DNA of 63,943 nucleotides from Octopus bimaculoides (taxonomy: Eukaryota), in the NCBI RefSeq assembly GCF_001194135.2, contig NC_068996.1:45790794-45854736 (forward strand), read 5' to 3'. Of this stretch, positions 14,919-27,727 are shown piece after piece. Numbering within the stretch: the first letter of the stretch is position 1; every line of letters begins with the position of its first letter. The position numbers and the translations under genes are program-made. The notes below the pieces were generated by a model. It was not told where the DNA came from. It searched no databases and worked only from the letters and a program-made list of their open reading frames with translations.

Positions 14919-15634
14919 AACACACAATACATATACACAGAGAAAAAGAGAGCTGTATAAAGGCTAACGGAATGTAATGAACCAAATCAAAATAAAATGT
15001 TTAATTGAAATTGCATTTGTAGAAAAAAAAATCGTACGTGTAAATAATTTTAATCAAAACTGTGAGGGGAAAGAACTTTGAAATTTAAATTGATTAAAAA
15101 TAAAAATGGTCATACAGGGGAATCATTTCTGAAAACGATTGTTATCACCATCAATTGTTTTCATGGTAAGTTTAATAACACTGAACTGGACGTTGTTTGG
15201 GCTCACTGCATTGTTAATTTAGACAAACGTACACTTTGGAACCTTTTCCACTTTTAACCAGGCCGATATAATAGTTTATAGCAGAAGCTATGATCGGAGA
15301 CGTTTCAGTGGTCACTATATCAGCATTTTTGCGTGGGAATGACCTAGTCCAATGAGCTTGTCCCCTTTTTTAGGCAATAAAGTACTATTTGAAGAATATT
15401 AGGTTGCTATTTCCAGCAGGTCTATCGACTCTGAAGTGTGCTTTTTCCCTGTTGTTGTTCAGCGCCTGTTTAGCTCTGATTTTGCAAACTTACGATCACA
15501 GGCATTCTAGAAAATTACTATTTTTAAATCTCACAACGTGAGATATTCAGCAACAGTACTTTGTAGTAAAGATTGATTGCCAACATAAAATGGCAGTCCT
15601 AGTTTAGGACTAATGTTGCTGTAATTTAGCCCCA

Positions 15635-15817
15635 GGAGATATCGTCTCCAGCTGGCTATACGACACGATATGTGTCCTTATATTTTCGAACAAGGGAATC
15701 TAGCACCCCCACTTAGCTCAAAACAATATCTGTGTATTGCGATTTGTGGGTTATTTCCTTGTTCGAAAATATATGGACACAGATCGTGTCGTATAGCCAG
15801 TTGGAGATGATGTCTCC
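15635..15817. repeat. 65-bp inverted repeat with a 53-nt spacer (MITE or fold-back)
   Basis: Arms 15635-15699 and 15753-15817; 59 of 65 positions are complementary by manual alignment. Confidence 0.85.
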
Positions 15818-16834
15818 TTTACAACAGGCATTCTACTTAAGATTATCCTGTATTTTAAAGAGCATCTGGTACTACATTGTGAAATGTCATTTCCTTCAAA
15901 ACAATAAAGGCGTGTTTTGAAGAAGATTGAATCGCTATCCCTAATTGGCCAAACGACCTCGGAGAAGCTCCCTCGCCAATTTTAGCATTATTGATGGTGA
16001 TCTCTCATCAAGTCAAACAAAATCATTATCAAGTCATACCAGTTGTGCCCCTTCCATTTTTATATTACAGACAAAGTGTTCAAATTTGACCCTTTTTAAA
16101 TACAGTAGCATGTAACAACGAGGGATATTTAGCTGTTATATCTCACATATCTAACACCATGTAGTGTTCCACTTCATTAAATCATACATACAATTTACTT
16201 AAAAAGGACACCAGGATGTCAGATGAAGGAAATATGATAGCTATTTCTAGCAGATCTTGATACCACGTAATGGTTCCCTGTTGGGTCATGGCGATTGTTG
16301 TCTCCGATGTTGGTTATGGGCGATTGATGATCTAAGCTGTTTTTAGGAATAAAGATATATTAGATATAGATTTCATATGATGTAGACCCAATATTTTGCT
16401 CTGCAATGGTTCCAATAACTTTCCTTCATTTAAATATGCGTATGTGAATTAAAAACTAGGTCGAAACCAGGTCACTAATTTACGATATCTTATCGTAGGT
16501 TACGATATCTTATCTGTTGTTTTAATGATTTCTTTCAAAGAAATATTGAAATATGATCGCTATGAGATATTGCTGTGTTTATTTTACTTTGTGTAATACG
16601 TACAGGCAGGAAAAGACAGAAAAGTTGATAATAATAGGTCTGGGCCAAATTTGAATTACAAGCCACGTTTCAAATAATTCTTTTCAGTAATTAGTATTAA
16701 ACACAAATTTTAGTCACAATCGAACACACATACACAAAGTATATGTGTGTGTGTGTGTTGTTCGTGGGTTGACCTTATGCATGTGTGTTCCTCAAGTTGC
16801 TTCTAATTCATATACAAATTTTAGTATGATACAG

Positions 16835-16873
<39 letters not shown>

Positions 16874-16938
16874 CTGTGTATATTACAGGTGTATATGCAT
16901 TTATACTTGATTTATGTATGTATAATATGTGTACGTTA

Positions 16939-17155
16939 AGGCGGCGAGCTGGCAGAAACGTTAGCACGCCGGGCGAAATGCTTAGCGGTATTTCGTCTGT
17001 CTTTACGTTCTGAGTTCAAATTCCACCGGGGTTGACTTTGCCTTTCATCCTTTCGGGGGTCGGTAAACTAAGTATCGGTTGCGTGCTGGGGTCGATCTAA
17101 TCAACTGGCCTCCTCCCCAAAAATTTCGGGCCTTGTACTTAGAGTAGAAAAGAAT
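16939..17155 (+). mobile_element. tRNA-derived SINE, family B, full-length copy
   Basis: GGCGGCGAGCTGGCAGAAACGTTAGC head, GAGTTCAAATTCC B box, central GCCTTTCATCCTTTCGGGG domain, tail GGCCTTGTACTTAGAGTAGAAAAGAATA. It recurs many times. Confidence 0.85.
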
Positions 17156-18207
17156 ATGCAGCTACAAGCATCTGTGTATACATGTAAATATATGTGCATA
17201 TATGTGTGCATATATGCATGTACGTGTGCATAAATATAAGTATACAAGGTGTATACACATCTATGTGTTTGTAGTGTGCTTGGGATACAAATATTAGAAC
17301 GATTTTTACAGGAAGTTTTTGTTAGAGAGTCCTCTTTGACCCTAACGAAAAAGGAGAAATGGGCCCCTCAGAATCGTGGAGGTCCAATACCAATTGGTCC
17401 ATCTTCTTCTTCACTTTCTCGTTCTGAGAGAAATGCATGAAACCAATTGAATACCTTCAATTGAAATCTTATAATAATATCTCTCCCCCATGTTTGGTAT
17501 TATTCTTTTCCCTCTTTGTTTTCCTATTGTTTTTCTTGCTTCTTTGATCTTTTTTTTTTCTTTCTTTCGGAATTATTTAATATTAACACAGCAAGAGGTA
17601 AAAGAGAAACAATAACAATACAAGGCTTTTTTTAATAACTTTTAATAAGTTTTGTTTGGCGCTTTGTGTTGCTGTGGTTGACTGAAAAGTTAGTGTTAGT
17701 TAGTGGCTGAGCCGCAATATGAACGTTTCTTAAAAAGACAAAACAAACAATAGAAAAATACTAAATGTATATTCCACGCAAGTTTGGACTTGATATTCTT
17801 CTGATAAGCAAGCTAGCTCAGTAAAGTATGCCACAATAGGGGAGAGAGAGCTAAATATATAGCCTTCAGAATGGTAAACATAAAGAGGTCACTAGCCATA
17901 TCAGAAAATGAATTCAAGGGGAACAAATAATAAACAGGACACGCGTTTTGACCTTTCCAACAATTGTTTTTATTCTTTTCCTGCGCAATGACAAAAAAAC
18001 AAAAACAAAACTATTTATTGTCGTTTATTTTATCGCTTGTTAGAATTTTTTTTTTTCTTTTAAATTTTTGCTTTCAATATTTTACCTCTTACTCTTGTTA
18101 TTCTTTCGGAATTCACACTTCTACAAATCTGCGTATCTACCCTGTGGACCTTTCGTCTCTGTTAGATGTACAGATATACACTATATAGACATACACTCGT
18201 AAATGTA

Positions 18208-18279
<72 letters not shown>

Positions 18280-18430
18280 GAGAGAGAGAGTGAAAGAGAC
18301 GAGTACCAACGTTTGTATGTGGTAGGCTTGAGATTACTCCCTCTTTGAAGTCATCAGTGGCCTTATTGGCCCACAAATAAAATATATACATATATGCAAA
18401 TTCATAAACATATGCAAATAAATATGCATT

Positions 18431-18486
<56 letters not shown>

Positions 18487-18566
18487 TGAGTGGACAAACG
18501 GAAGAAAAGCGCTTTCAACACATTAGGAAATTACATATATTATTTAAAACAGTTTGATTTGAAATC

Positions 18567-18858
18567 CGTGCTAAGTTCCGTAGGCCCCTAATGGAACCCG
18601 TCTCCTAAGGTTCTGAAAAAGCCGAATGAAGAGGTCCAGCGAGTACATGATGGCTGCCGCAAGATGAGCTGTTATTGGTCAAAGAGGGTCACATGGTATA
18701 ACTGTAGATAATATCACTTCGTAAGCGACACCAGTTCCACCAGAAAAAAAAAGAGAGTTTCTTTGACCGCAAGGGTTTCCTGGACTTCTTCATTCGGCTT
18801 TTCCTGAGCCCGAAAGAGACGGGCTCCGTTAAGAACCTGCGAAATTTGAAGTAGCACG
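18567..18858. repeat. Imperfect inverted repeat of about 70 bp, MITE-like
   Basis: ggaacccgtctc...aaaagccgaatgaagaggtccag (to 18639) versus ctggacttcttcattcggctttt...gagacgggctcc (from 18780). Confidence 0.7.
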
Positions 18859-19990
18859 AAAACCGAATAAAAATGTTCTAAATAATATATTCATGGGTGT
18901 GAATGCATCCGGACCGACGTAATGTTTGATATCACTGTAGATGCCCACATGGCCATTTCCTCCCCAAGACACGAATCTTGACAAGACTTTTGTGACACCT
19001 GCGAAAAATCTCTTCAATCCGTGCCACTAATTCAGAGACAACACAGCTCGGAAGCAGCGTAATTGCTGGCATTTCCGTATAATACTGGCGTAACAGATAT
19101 ATCACAAATCAGCCTGTCCGATCCGAAACGGTGAACGGCAAAGCTGACCTCAACTGAGTCTGAACTTAGTTGCATTCATCGTATGCACGCGCAACAAACA
19201 CACACCTATATGCATGCACATATATATATATATATANNNNNNNNNNNNNNNNNNNNNNNNNNNNNNNNNNNNNNNNNNNNNNNNNNNNNNNNNNNNNNNN
19301 NNNNNNNNNNNNNNNNNNNNNNNNNNNNNNNNNNNNNNNNNNNNNNNNNNNNNNNNNNNNNNNNNNNNNNNNNNNNNNNNNNNNNNNNNNNNNNNNNNNN
19401 NNNNNNNNNNNNNNNNNNNNNNNNNNNNNNNNNNNNNNNNNNNNNNNNNNNNNNNNNNNNNNNNNNNNNNNNNNNNNNNNNNNNNNNNNNNNNNNNNNNN
19501 NNNNNNNNNNNNNNNNNNNNNNNNNNNNNNNNNNNNNNNNNNNNNNNNNNNNNNNNNNNNNNNNNNNNNNNNNNNNNNNNNNNNNNNNNNNNNNNNNNNN
19601 NNNNNNNNNNNNNNNNNNNNNNNNNNNNNNNNNNNNNNNNNNNNNNNNNNNNNNNNNNNNNNNNNNNNNNNNNNNNNNNNNNNNNNNNNNNNNNNNNNNN
19701 NNNNNNNNNNNNNNNNNNNNNNNNNNNNNNNNNNNNNNNNNNNNNNNNNNNNNNNNNNNNNNNNNNNNNNNNNNNNNNNNNNNNNNNNNNNNNNNNNNNN
19801 NNNNNNNNNNNNNNNNNNNNNNNNNNNNNNNNNNNNNNNNNNNNNNNNNNNNNNNNNNNNNNNNNNNNNNNNNNNNNNNNNNNNNNNNNNNNNNNNNNNN
19901 NNNNNNNNNNNNNNNNNNNNNNNNNNNNNNNNNNNNNNNNNNNNNNNNNNNNNNNNATATATATATATATATATAATATTCTTTTACATA

Positions 19991-20350
19991 TTTCAGTCAT
20001 TTAACTGTGGCCATATTGGAGCACCGCCTTTTACTCGAAGAAATCGATCCTGGGCTTATACTTTTAATGGTCGCTTCTGCCGAATCGCTAAGTTACGAGG
20101 ACGTAAACAGACCTAGATCAGTTGTCCAGCGATGGGGTGGGGTGGGACAAATGCAGACACAAAGACACACACATAAATATGTACATATATACAATGGGCT
20201 TCTTTCAGTTTCCGTCAAACAAATCGGCTCACAAGGCTCTGGTAGACCCGTGTAGTAGACGACACTTGCCCAAGGTGCCACGCAGGGGGACTAAACCCAG
20301 AACCATGTGGTTGAGAAGCAAGTTTCTTACCACACAGCCACGCCTGCGCC
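19991..20350 (-). mobile_element. SINE family A copy, reverse orientation
   Basis: Reverse complement of the family A head (cacacagccacgcctgcgcc) and tail (tttcagtcatttaactgtggcc). Confidence 0.8.
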
Positions 20351-20519
20351 TAATGTGTGTGTGTGTGTGAGTGTGTGTGTGCAATGTGTGTGTGTATGTG
20401 TGCTGATGTTTGTTTTTATGTTCAGTTCTAATAAAACCAATTTTACATTAATCTAATGGGTTACTCTATACTTTTGTAGAGTACAAATTTATTATTGTAA
20501 TTCAAGAATGTTATTGGCA

Positions 20520-20597
20520 GTGACTTCGAAGTTTCGGCCAGTTAAGCCATTGTCGACAATCCGACGATGGCTTAACTGGCTGAAACTTCGAAGCCAC
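20520..20597. repeat. Near-perfect 32-bp hairpin with a 6-nt loop
   Basis: Arms 20524-20555 and 20562-20593 have two non-Watson-Crick positions, both G.T on the + strand. Confidence 0.9.
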
Positions 20598-20629
20598 CGT
20601 ATGAGAATACATTGTTGTATAAGAATATA

Positions 20630-21006
20630 TGTGCGGTAAGTAGCTTGCTTACCAACCTCATGGTTCTGGGTTCATTCCCACTGCGTGGCAACTGGGGTAA
20701 GTGTCTTCTACTAAGGCCTCGGGCCAACCAAAGCGTTGTGAGTGAATTTGGTATACGGAAACTGAAAGAAGCCCGGCATATATATATATATATATATAGA
20801 TAGATAGATGGATAGATGTGTGTGTGGTTGTACCCCACTATCATTTGCCAACCGATGTTGGTGTGTTAACATTCCCGTAACCTAGCAGTTCTGCAAAAGA
20901 GACCGATAGAATAAGCACTAGACTTTCAAAGAATAAGTCCTGAGGTCGATGTGTTCGACTAAAGCGGTGCTCCAGCATGGCCGCAGTCAAATGACTGAAA
21001 CAAAAG
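20630..21006 (+). mobile_element. SINE family A copy, slightly 5'-truncated
   Basis: Colinear with 42155-42560. Confidence 0.8.
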
Positions 21007-21554
21007 AATATCTACATATATATAGACACTCCGTCGGTTACGATGATGAGGGTTCCAGTTGATCTGATCAGCCGAAGAAACCTGGTCGTGGAATTAACGT
21101 GCAAGTGGCTGAGCACTCCACAGACACGCGTGCCCCTTCAAATATTTCTCAGGGAGATTCAGCGTGACAAAGTGTGTGATAAGGCTGGCCCTTTGAATTA
21201 CTGGTACAACTCATTTTATATATATACATGTATGTGTGTGTATATGTTTGTGTGTCTGTCCCCCCAACATCGCTTGACAACCGATGCTGGTGTGTTTACG
21301 TCCCCGTAATTAAGCGGTTCGGCAAAAGAGACCGATAGAATAAGCACTAGGCTTACAAAGAATAAGTCCTTGGATCGATTTGCTCGACTAAAAGCGGTGC
21401 TCCAGCATGGCCACAGTCAAATGACTGAAAGAAGTTTCTATAAAAGAAAGAAGTTTCTATAAAGTTTTTAAACATCGAATGGCTACAGGGGTCCACCAGA
21501 AAAAAATCGTAATCAAAGGGGTCCATAGATAAACGCAATAGCTGAGAATCCCTG

Positions 21555-21962
21555 CTCTAAATAAAGTTGCTATTTAGCATAGTCTTCATTACAAGTGATG
21601 CATTTGCCTCGTTAAATTCAAATTTCGAATCCTACTTTGAAATGGTTTTGCATCAAGTGTTTTGTTTTCAATGGTGGTTCCCTGTTTACACTTCTTAATT
21701 TATCCGTACATATTCTTGTCTGTGTATCATCTCCGTAAACAATCTGTAGCCCTCTTGCGGCTGTCGGACAGCGGTAACCCCGCCCTTGTCAAGAACTCAA
21801 TGATGACACATTGCTTCTTCTTGGAAATCATTATTAACATGTAAAGAACTGATAGAGACACTATAGAAGAGTACTCTTCCAGCATTTGCCATTTGAACGA
21901 CCTCTATCAGTTAATAAGACAGGTATGCCAACTTTAGTATTAGTTTTGTCATAACCCTCATA
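21555..21962 (-). mobile_element. Internally deleted mariner-like element
   Basis: 5' end TA-TGAGGGTTATGACAAAA resembles mariner TIRs. The frameshifted translation gives the HTH region KKQCVIIEFL..G...RLQIVYGDDT.DK.MYG*IKKCKQG joined directly to C-terminal FQSRIRNL..GKCITCNEDYAK*. Confidence 0.7.
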
Positions 21963-24900
21963 TTTATCACTAAAAAGTTTACACCATTCTCACTCAGTCA
22001 TTTAATTGTCTTTTTATCAGCTTAAAGGTGAAGAAGGGCGGGACTGTTTCTGCTTATAACAAGGGTCATTATTCCAGCTACTTCAACTACTGAGATTGTA
22101 AATCAGAGATAACGATTACTTGCGTTTGTAAAATGTTTTTGTTTTTATTTTGGATTTGTCTTTTGTTGTTTTTTTTTTGTTATATTGTTTACTGACATAA
22201 ACAAGTGATGATGACTCACTAAAATACTGATTAAGTTGAATTTGTCAGTATTTATTTTATCTTATGTTTTAAGCGCGGTACATTTTATATGAGCTGCTAT
22301 GATAATATTTCGTCTGCATAACTTGCAAATGAGTTAGGTATGATGGTAGACACACAGTTATTGTTGTCCTAAATTTATCAATTACTGCAACACCATAACC
22401 TTTGTGAGGGCCTCGACCATTGTTTTAGAAGGACATTCATCTTCCTGTATAAATAAGCTCTCAGAGGATGACGTATCGACTGTTAAACCTTGAGGTAATT
22501 TACAGAGTTGTATATCACGACAATGGGAATTTAGTAGAATACCACTTGATCACAGGCCTAGGCTTGGTCAACCTAGGTCGAGTCCCTTGGATTGGGAGGT
22601 ATGTTGTAAGACTCGAAGTACCAGTGACATTCAGGATGCAATGTCTTAAATTAATGATATTGGTTACTTTTGACATGTCTGAATTGAAACCTTTTTATTT
22701 TGCTCTATGACGTACACTTGCATATTACATATATACTTTTGATTTCTCACTCGGTCCCAATATGGCTACATATTGGCAACGGGAATTCAAAAGAATTCAA
22801 AACTTACATTGATCCCAATACTTGGGAGACACTTATTTTTACTAATTTTATTATACTTTATTAATTATTATTTTTATTATTGGAATGTTTGCTTTAGTGG
22901 GATTTGACTTCAGAATGTTACTTATTGAGGTGTGTAGTGAGGTGAACGTTATTAGGAGTATATATTATTGGTTTCTGATTTTGGTACAAGGCCAACAAGT
23001 TTGCAGAAGGGTTTAAGTCGATTACATCGATCCCAGTGTTCGACTAGTACTTATTTTGTCGACCTCGAAGGAATAAAAGGCTAAGTCGACCTCGGGAGAA
23101 TTTGAACTCAGAATGTAATGACGGACAAAATGTCGCTAAGCATTTTTCCCACCGTGCTAACGATATTAGAAATATATAACATTGATTATAAAATAATAGG
23201 ATAAAAGTCTGTATACGTACGTACTTATGTATACTCGTGTATGTGTTTTACTTATCTATGATGGTCAAATGTTTTAGGTTTTATGGTATTCATCAATGGT
23301 TGATTAGATTTAAACTTCCAGGACACATTCAATCTGTGATATACACGATTTATCTATAAATGATAGCTGAAAAAATCTGGTATATCAGCTAGTTTTACAG
23401 ATATTGATTAAAAATATAAAAAAAGAACTTACACATGCATACTATGCCTAAACATGTGTATGGTTGGTGTAGGAGTCTTTTGGGTTATCGATGACCTTTA
23501 TCTCGATCATTATAACCACGATTATCAGTTTTGTTAAATAAGCAGTTATTCTCTTTTTAACAAGGTGAAGGAACCTTTTTGTTCAATAGCGTAGAGATAG
23601 GTTCTAACATTGAATTCGCTATACAGGGTCATTACACCCACAGAGACAGGAAGAGGTATAAATGGAATGTCATTAGTTAGGGAAGTTGATTTTAAAACTA
23701 AAACATTTTGCTTTGAGCCATGGCAAATCATAAAATTGTCGTAAATTTCTTTCTTTTAATTTTTTTTCAAAGTGTTTCTAAACAAAATGAAAATATAGAG
23801 ATAAAATCTCGTGAAAAAATAAATTTTACGAGAAAACAATCATACTAACAAGCAATATTTGTTGAACATCAGAGAAAGGACTAAATGAAAACTTATTTGT
23901 AAAAGCAAGAATATTATACAAGTAAAAATAATAAGTCAATCAAGTACGAAAAATAGGTACATACAAAATGGCAGTAAGCCTGACTGTCCACATCAAACTG
24001 CTATTCGCCATAAGTAAACCATTATAATAAGTGTATCATGAACGAAAAGTGACAAAAAGATAAATACTTGAAAGGTATTTTTAATAAAATGTTCCAAAGG
24101 AAGATTAATTCGTTCGGCGGTTGCACTACATGTTTAACTAACATTGATAAGGGACTTCCGGTTCTGATGATGGCAGTAATTAAAAATATAAGGAGAGAAT
24201 ATTTACAACAATGCAATGTCCTCATTTTGGCAAATGCATATTTATTTATAATTCCTTTCAGCAACTAATAAACTGTATCTTGAACATATCAAAGTAAACA
24301 AAGGCAAAAGACAATGTACTAACAGAGATTTGGTGGGGAAAAATAGCAGTAAAATACAATGTTTTAAAAATAAAACATTAAAAGAAAATATTGACTAAGC
24401 TTTATAGCAATACTTACGACATGAACATCTGCTCTTCGCACTGATAAAAACTGAAAATACCATAGAAAGTGGTTGGGAGATAGAAGAAAAAATACTGGGT
24501 CTAAATTGATCACCCACATAACTAGAGGTATAGGCATTGAGAAATTCTGTCAACAAAAGAATAATTAACAAGAAATTTTGTTGCAAGCAATTATCGGTCA
24601 GCACAGACGAGATGTCCAGTTACAAAATATAGATTTGACAACTCCTTCTTTGAAAAATATGCATACTTTTCTTGAGAAAAATCTGAAGAATAAGCTGCTT
24701 AACCAGAATATGAGCTTAACCAAGATATAAGAATTCCGAAGAAGTATTGACCTTGTATCTTGAACGTTACCTCCGTACAATTCAGGAACAAGAAATTTCC
24801 AATGGGTATACCATAAGATAAAAGGTAGAAAACAGCAACTGACCACGATTTCTTGCTGTGCTGAACCAAACTTGAAGATGTAGAAAATATTGCTATCTGC

Positions 24901-25201
24901 GAGGTTTTGTGTGATATCGCCAGAGCAAACCGGAATAGAATAGCAGATAAAAATAACAAATACAAATGAACACTCGCAGATCAAAAGAATGTTCGCGGAA
25001 CTTAATAATACAAACACATATATAACACAACCAACTTGATATCTGAGACCACGAAATAAAAACATGTCCTATTATTTTATCGCATGTGAACAGCAGAATT
25101 TCTTCGATACAGCACTATGGTTGATAAAATCAACGTAAACCCGTTGATGACAGCTTTTTTTCTCACCAGCAATGGTAGTATTCTAATGATTTAAACTAGT
25201 A

Positions 25202-25235
<34 letters not shown>

Positions 25236-25535
25236 TTACTATCTTATTTTTGTTTGTAACTGAGCAGAAAACATAAGAGTATTGGATAAAATCTTTGACA
25301 GATACAGATGGAAAAACTATACTGTGAGTTCAAGTCCCGTTACGGTTACCTTACACTTTTACTCATCAAGAGTCGGCAAAGTAATCAATATTTGGATTGA
25401 TTACACAGCTTGCCATTTGAAACATTGCTCTCACCACCTCACTAACGAAAGGTTCCTGGGCTGTTTGGAAAAGTGTAAACTATTTGTGTGTGTTTATATA
25501 TGCCTACACTTTGGTTTCGGACTCTCTTTCTCTCT

Positions 25536-25601
<66 letters not shown>

Positions 25602-26397
25602 NNNNNNNNNNNNNNNNNNNNNNNNNNNNNNNNNNNNNNNNNNNNNNNNNNNNNNNNNNNNNNNNNNNNNNNNNNNNNNNNNNNNNNNNNNNNNNNNNNN
25701 NNNNNNNNNNNNNNNNNNNNNNNNNNNNNNNNNNNNNNNNNNNNNNNNNNNNNNNNNNNNNNNNNNNNNNNNNNNNNNNNNNNNNNNNNNNNNNNNNNNN
25801 NNNNNNNNNNNNNNNNNNNNNNNNNNNNNNNNNNNNNNNNNNNNNNNNNNNNNNNNNNNNNNNNNNNNNNNNNNNNNNNNNNNNNNNNNNNNNNNNNNNN
25901 NNNNNNNNNNNNNNNNNNNNNNNNNNNNNNNNNNNNNNNNNNNNNNNNNNNNNNNNNNNNNNNNNNNNNNNNNNNNNNNNNNNNNNNNNNNNNNNNNNNN
26001 NNNNNNNNNNNNNNNNNNNNNNNNNNNNNNNNNNNNNNNNNNNNNNNNNNNNNNNNNNNNNNNNNNNNNNNNNNNNNNNNNNNNNNNNNNNNNNNNNNNN
26101 NNNNNNNNNNNNNNNNNNNNNNNNNNNNNNNNNNNNNNNNNNNNNNNNNNNNNNNNNNNNNNNNNNNNNNNNNNNNNNNNNNNNNNNNNNNNNNNNNNNN
26201 NNNNNNNNNNNNNNNNNNNNNNNNNNNNNNNNNNNNNNNNNNNNNNNNNNNNNNNNNNNNNNNNNNNNNNNNNNNNNNNNNNNNNNNNNNNNNNNNNNNN
26301 NNNNNNNNNNNNNNNNNNNNNNNNNNNNNNNNNNNNNNNNNNNNNNNNNNNNNNNNNNNNNNNNNNNNNNNNNNNNNNNNNNNNNNNNNNNNNNNNN

Positions 26398-26476
<79 letters not shown>

Positions 26477-27696
26477 GTGTGTGCGTGAGTGTGTCTGTGT
26501 TTGTCCTCCCACCACCACCGCTTGACAACCGATGTTGGTGTGTTTTCGTCGCCGTGACTTAGCGGTTCGGCAAAAGAGAACGATAGAATAAGTACTGGGC
26601 TTAGAAAGAGTAAGTCCTGGGGTCGATTTGCTCGATTAAAGGCGTTACTCCAGCATGGCTGCAGTCAAATGACTGAAACAAGTAAAAGAATGAAATAATC
26701 AGTCAAATTTATAAGAACAATTTAACCAGCTTTCCTAAAATCCTTCTATAATCCGCTTTGCAGCTTCAACTCCTTTTTACTCTCTATCATGCTGAATGCT
26801 TGAAATGCAAAACCCCTAGAAAATAGAGATGGTTCATCAGATTTAATTTTTCTTTCCTTTCGGGTAAGAAGGAAATACCATAAAGAATGTCATACAGATA
26901 ATGTATAACTTGTACACACGCGTACATACACAAGCAGTCGCGCATGCATACTCACTCGTGCATTCATATACAATCGTGCAATCAAACAATCATGTATGTG
27001 TGATACATGCATACACGTAAATACATAGTGAATACATGACGTATGTTTGTATGCGTTGATGTATGTAAGAAATGCTGAGGTATATTAGAACGTCTAGTGT
27101 TTCAGCGTTGAGTAATAAAATATTTCTTTTATATTACGCATACACATTCAAAACTTTTATAGTCGTAGACAGGAATTTTCTGTTAAACTATTTCAAAGCA
27201 AAACAAAAAAGAAAAAAAAACAAAAAAATCTTCGACAGGTTCTGTTGAATACTTCTGTGAGTTATTTTTTTGTTTGACATTTATTTTTGTTATCGCGAAT
27301 ATATTCAAAACTTTACACTTACTTCAAATCTTTGCATTAGTTTTTACTTCTTTTATTCCGTAAAAATTGACTAAATTCCTTGTTACAGTATCGATAGGAT
27401 GCAATTTACGTACATTTAGCTTTAAATATATTTTACAATATTATTCTTTCATTCTATTCAGTTTTTTCTGCATGTGTGCATGAAAGTATGTACTTGTAGA
27501 TAAATATTCATGTACGTGTATAACTATATATATATNNNNNNNNNNATTCTCTCTCTTTTTATGTTCTCTAATTCCTTTATGTTGAAGAGCATAGGCTCGA
27601 AACATGAAAGACACTTTTATTTTTCCCAAGCGTCAAACTTGCTTGTTGTTCATACACCTGTCTTCATCTTTTGTTATTCTATAAATTTCAACTAAC

Positions 27697-27727
<31 letters not shown>

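Noticed and set aside
24395-25065. Mitochondrial insertion (NUMT)
   Set aside because: Reading TGA as Trp extends the 155-aa frame by only about 10 codons before a TAA, and no mitochondrial protein motif is recognisable.
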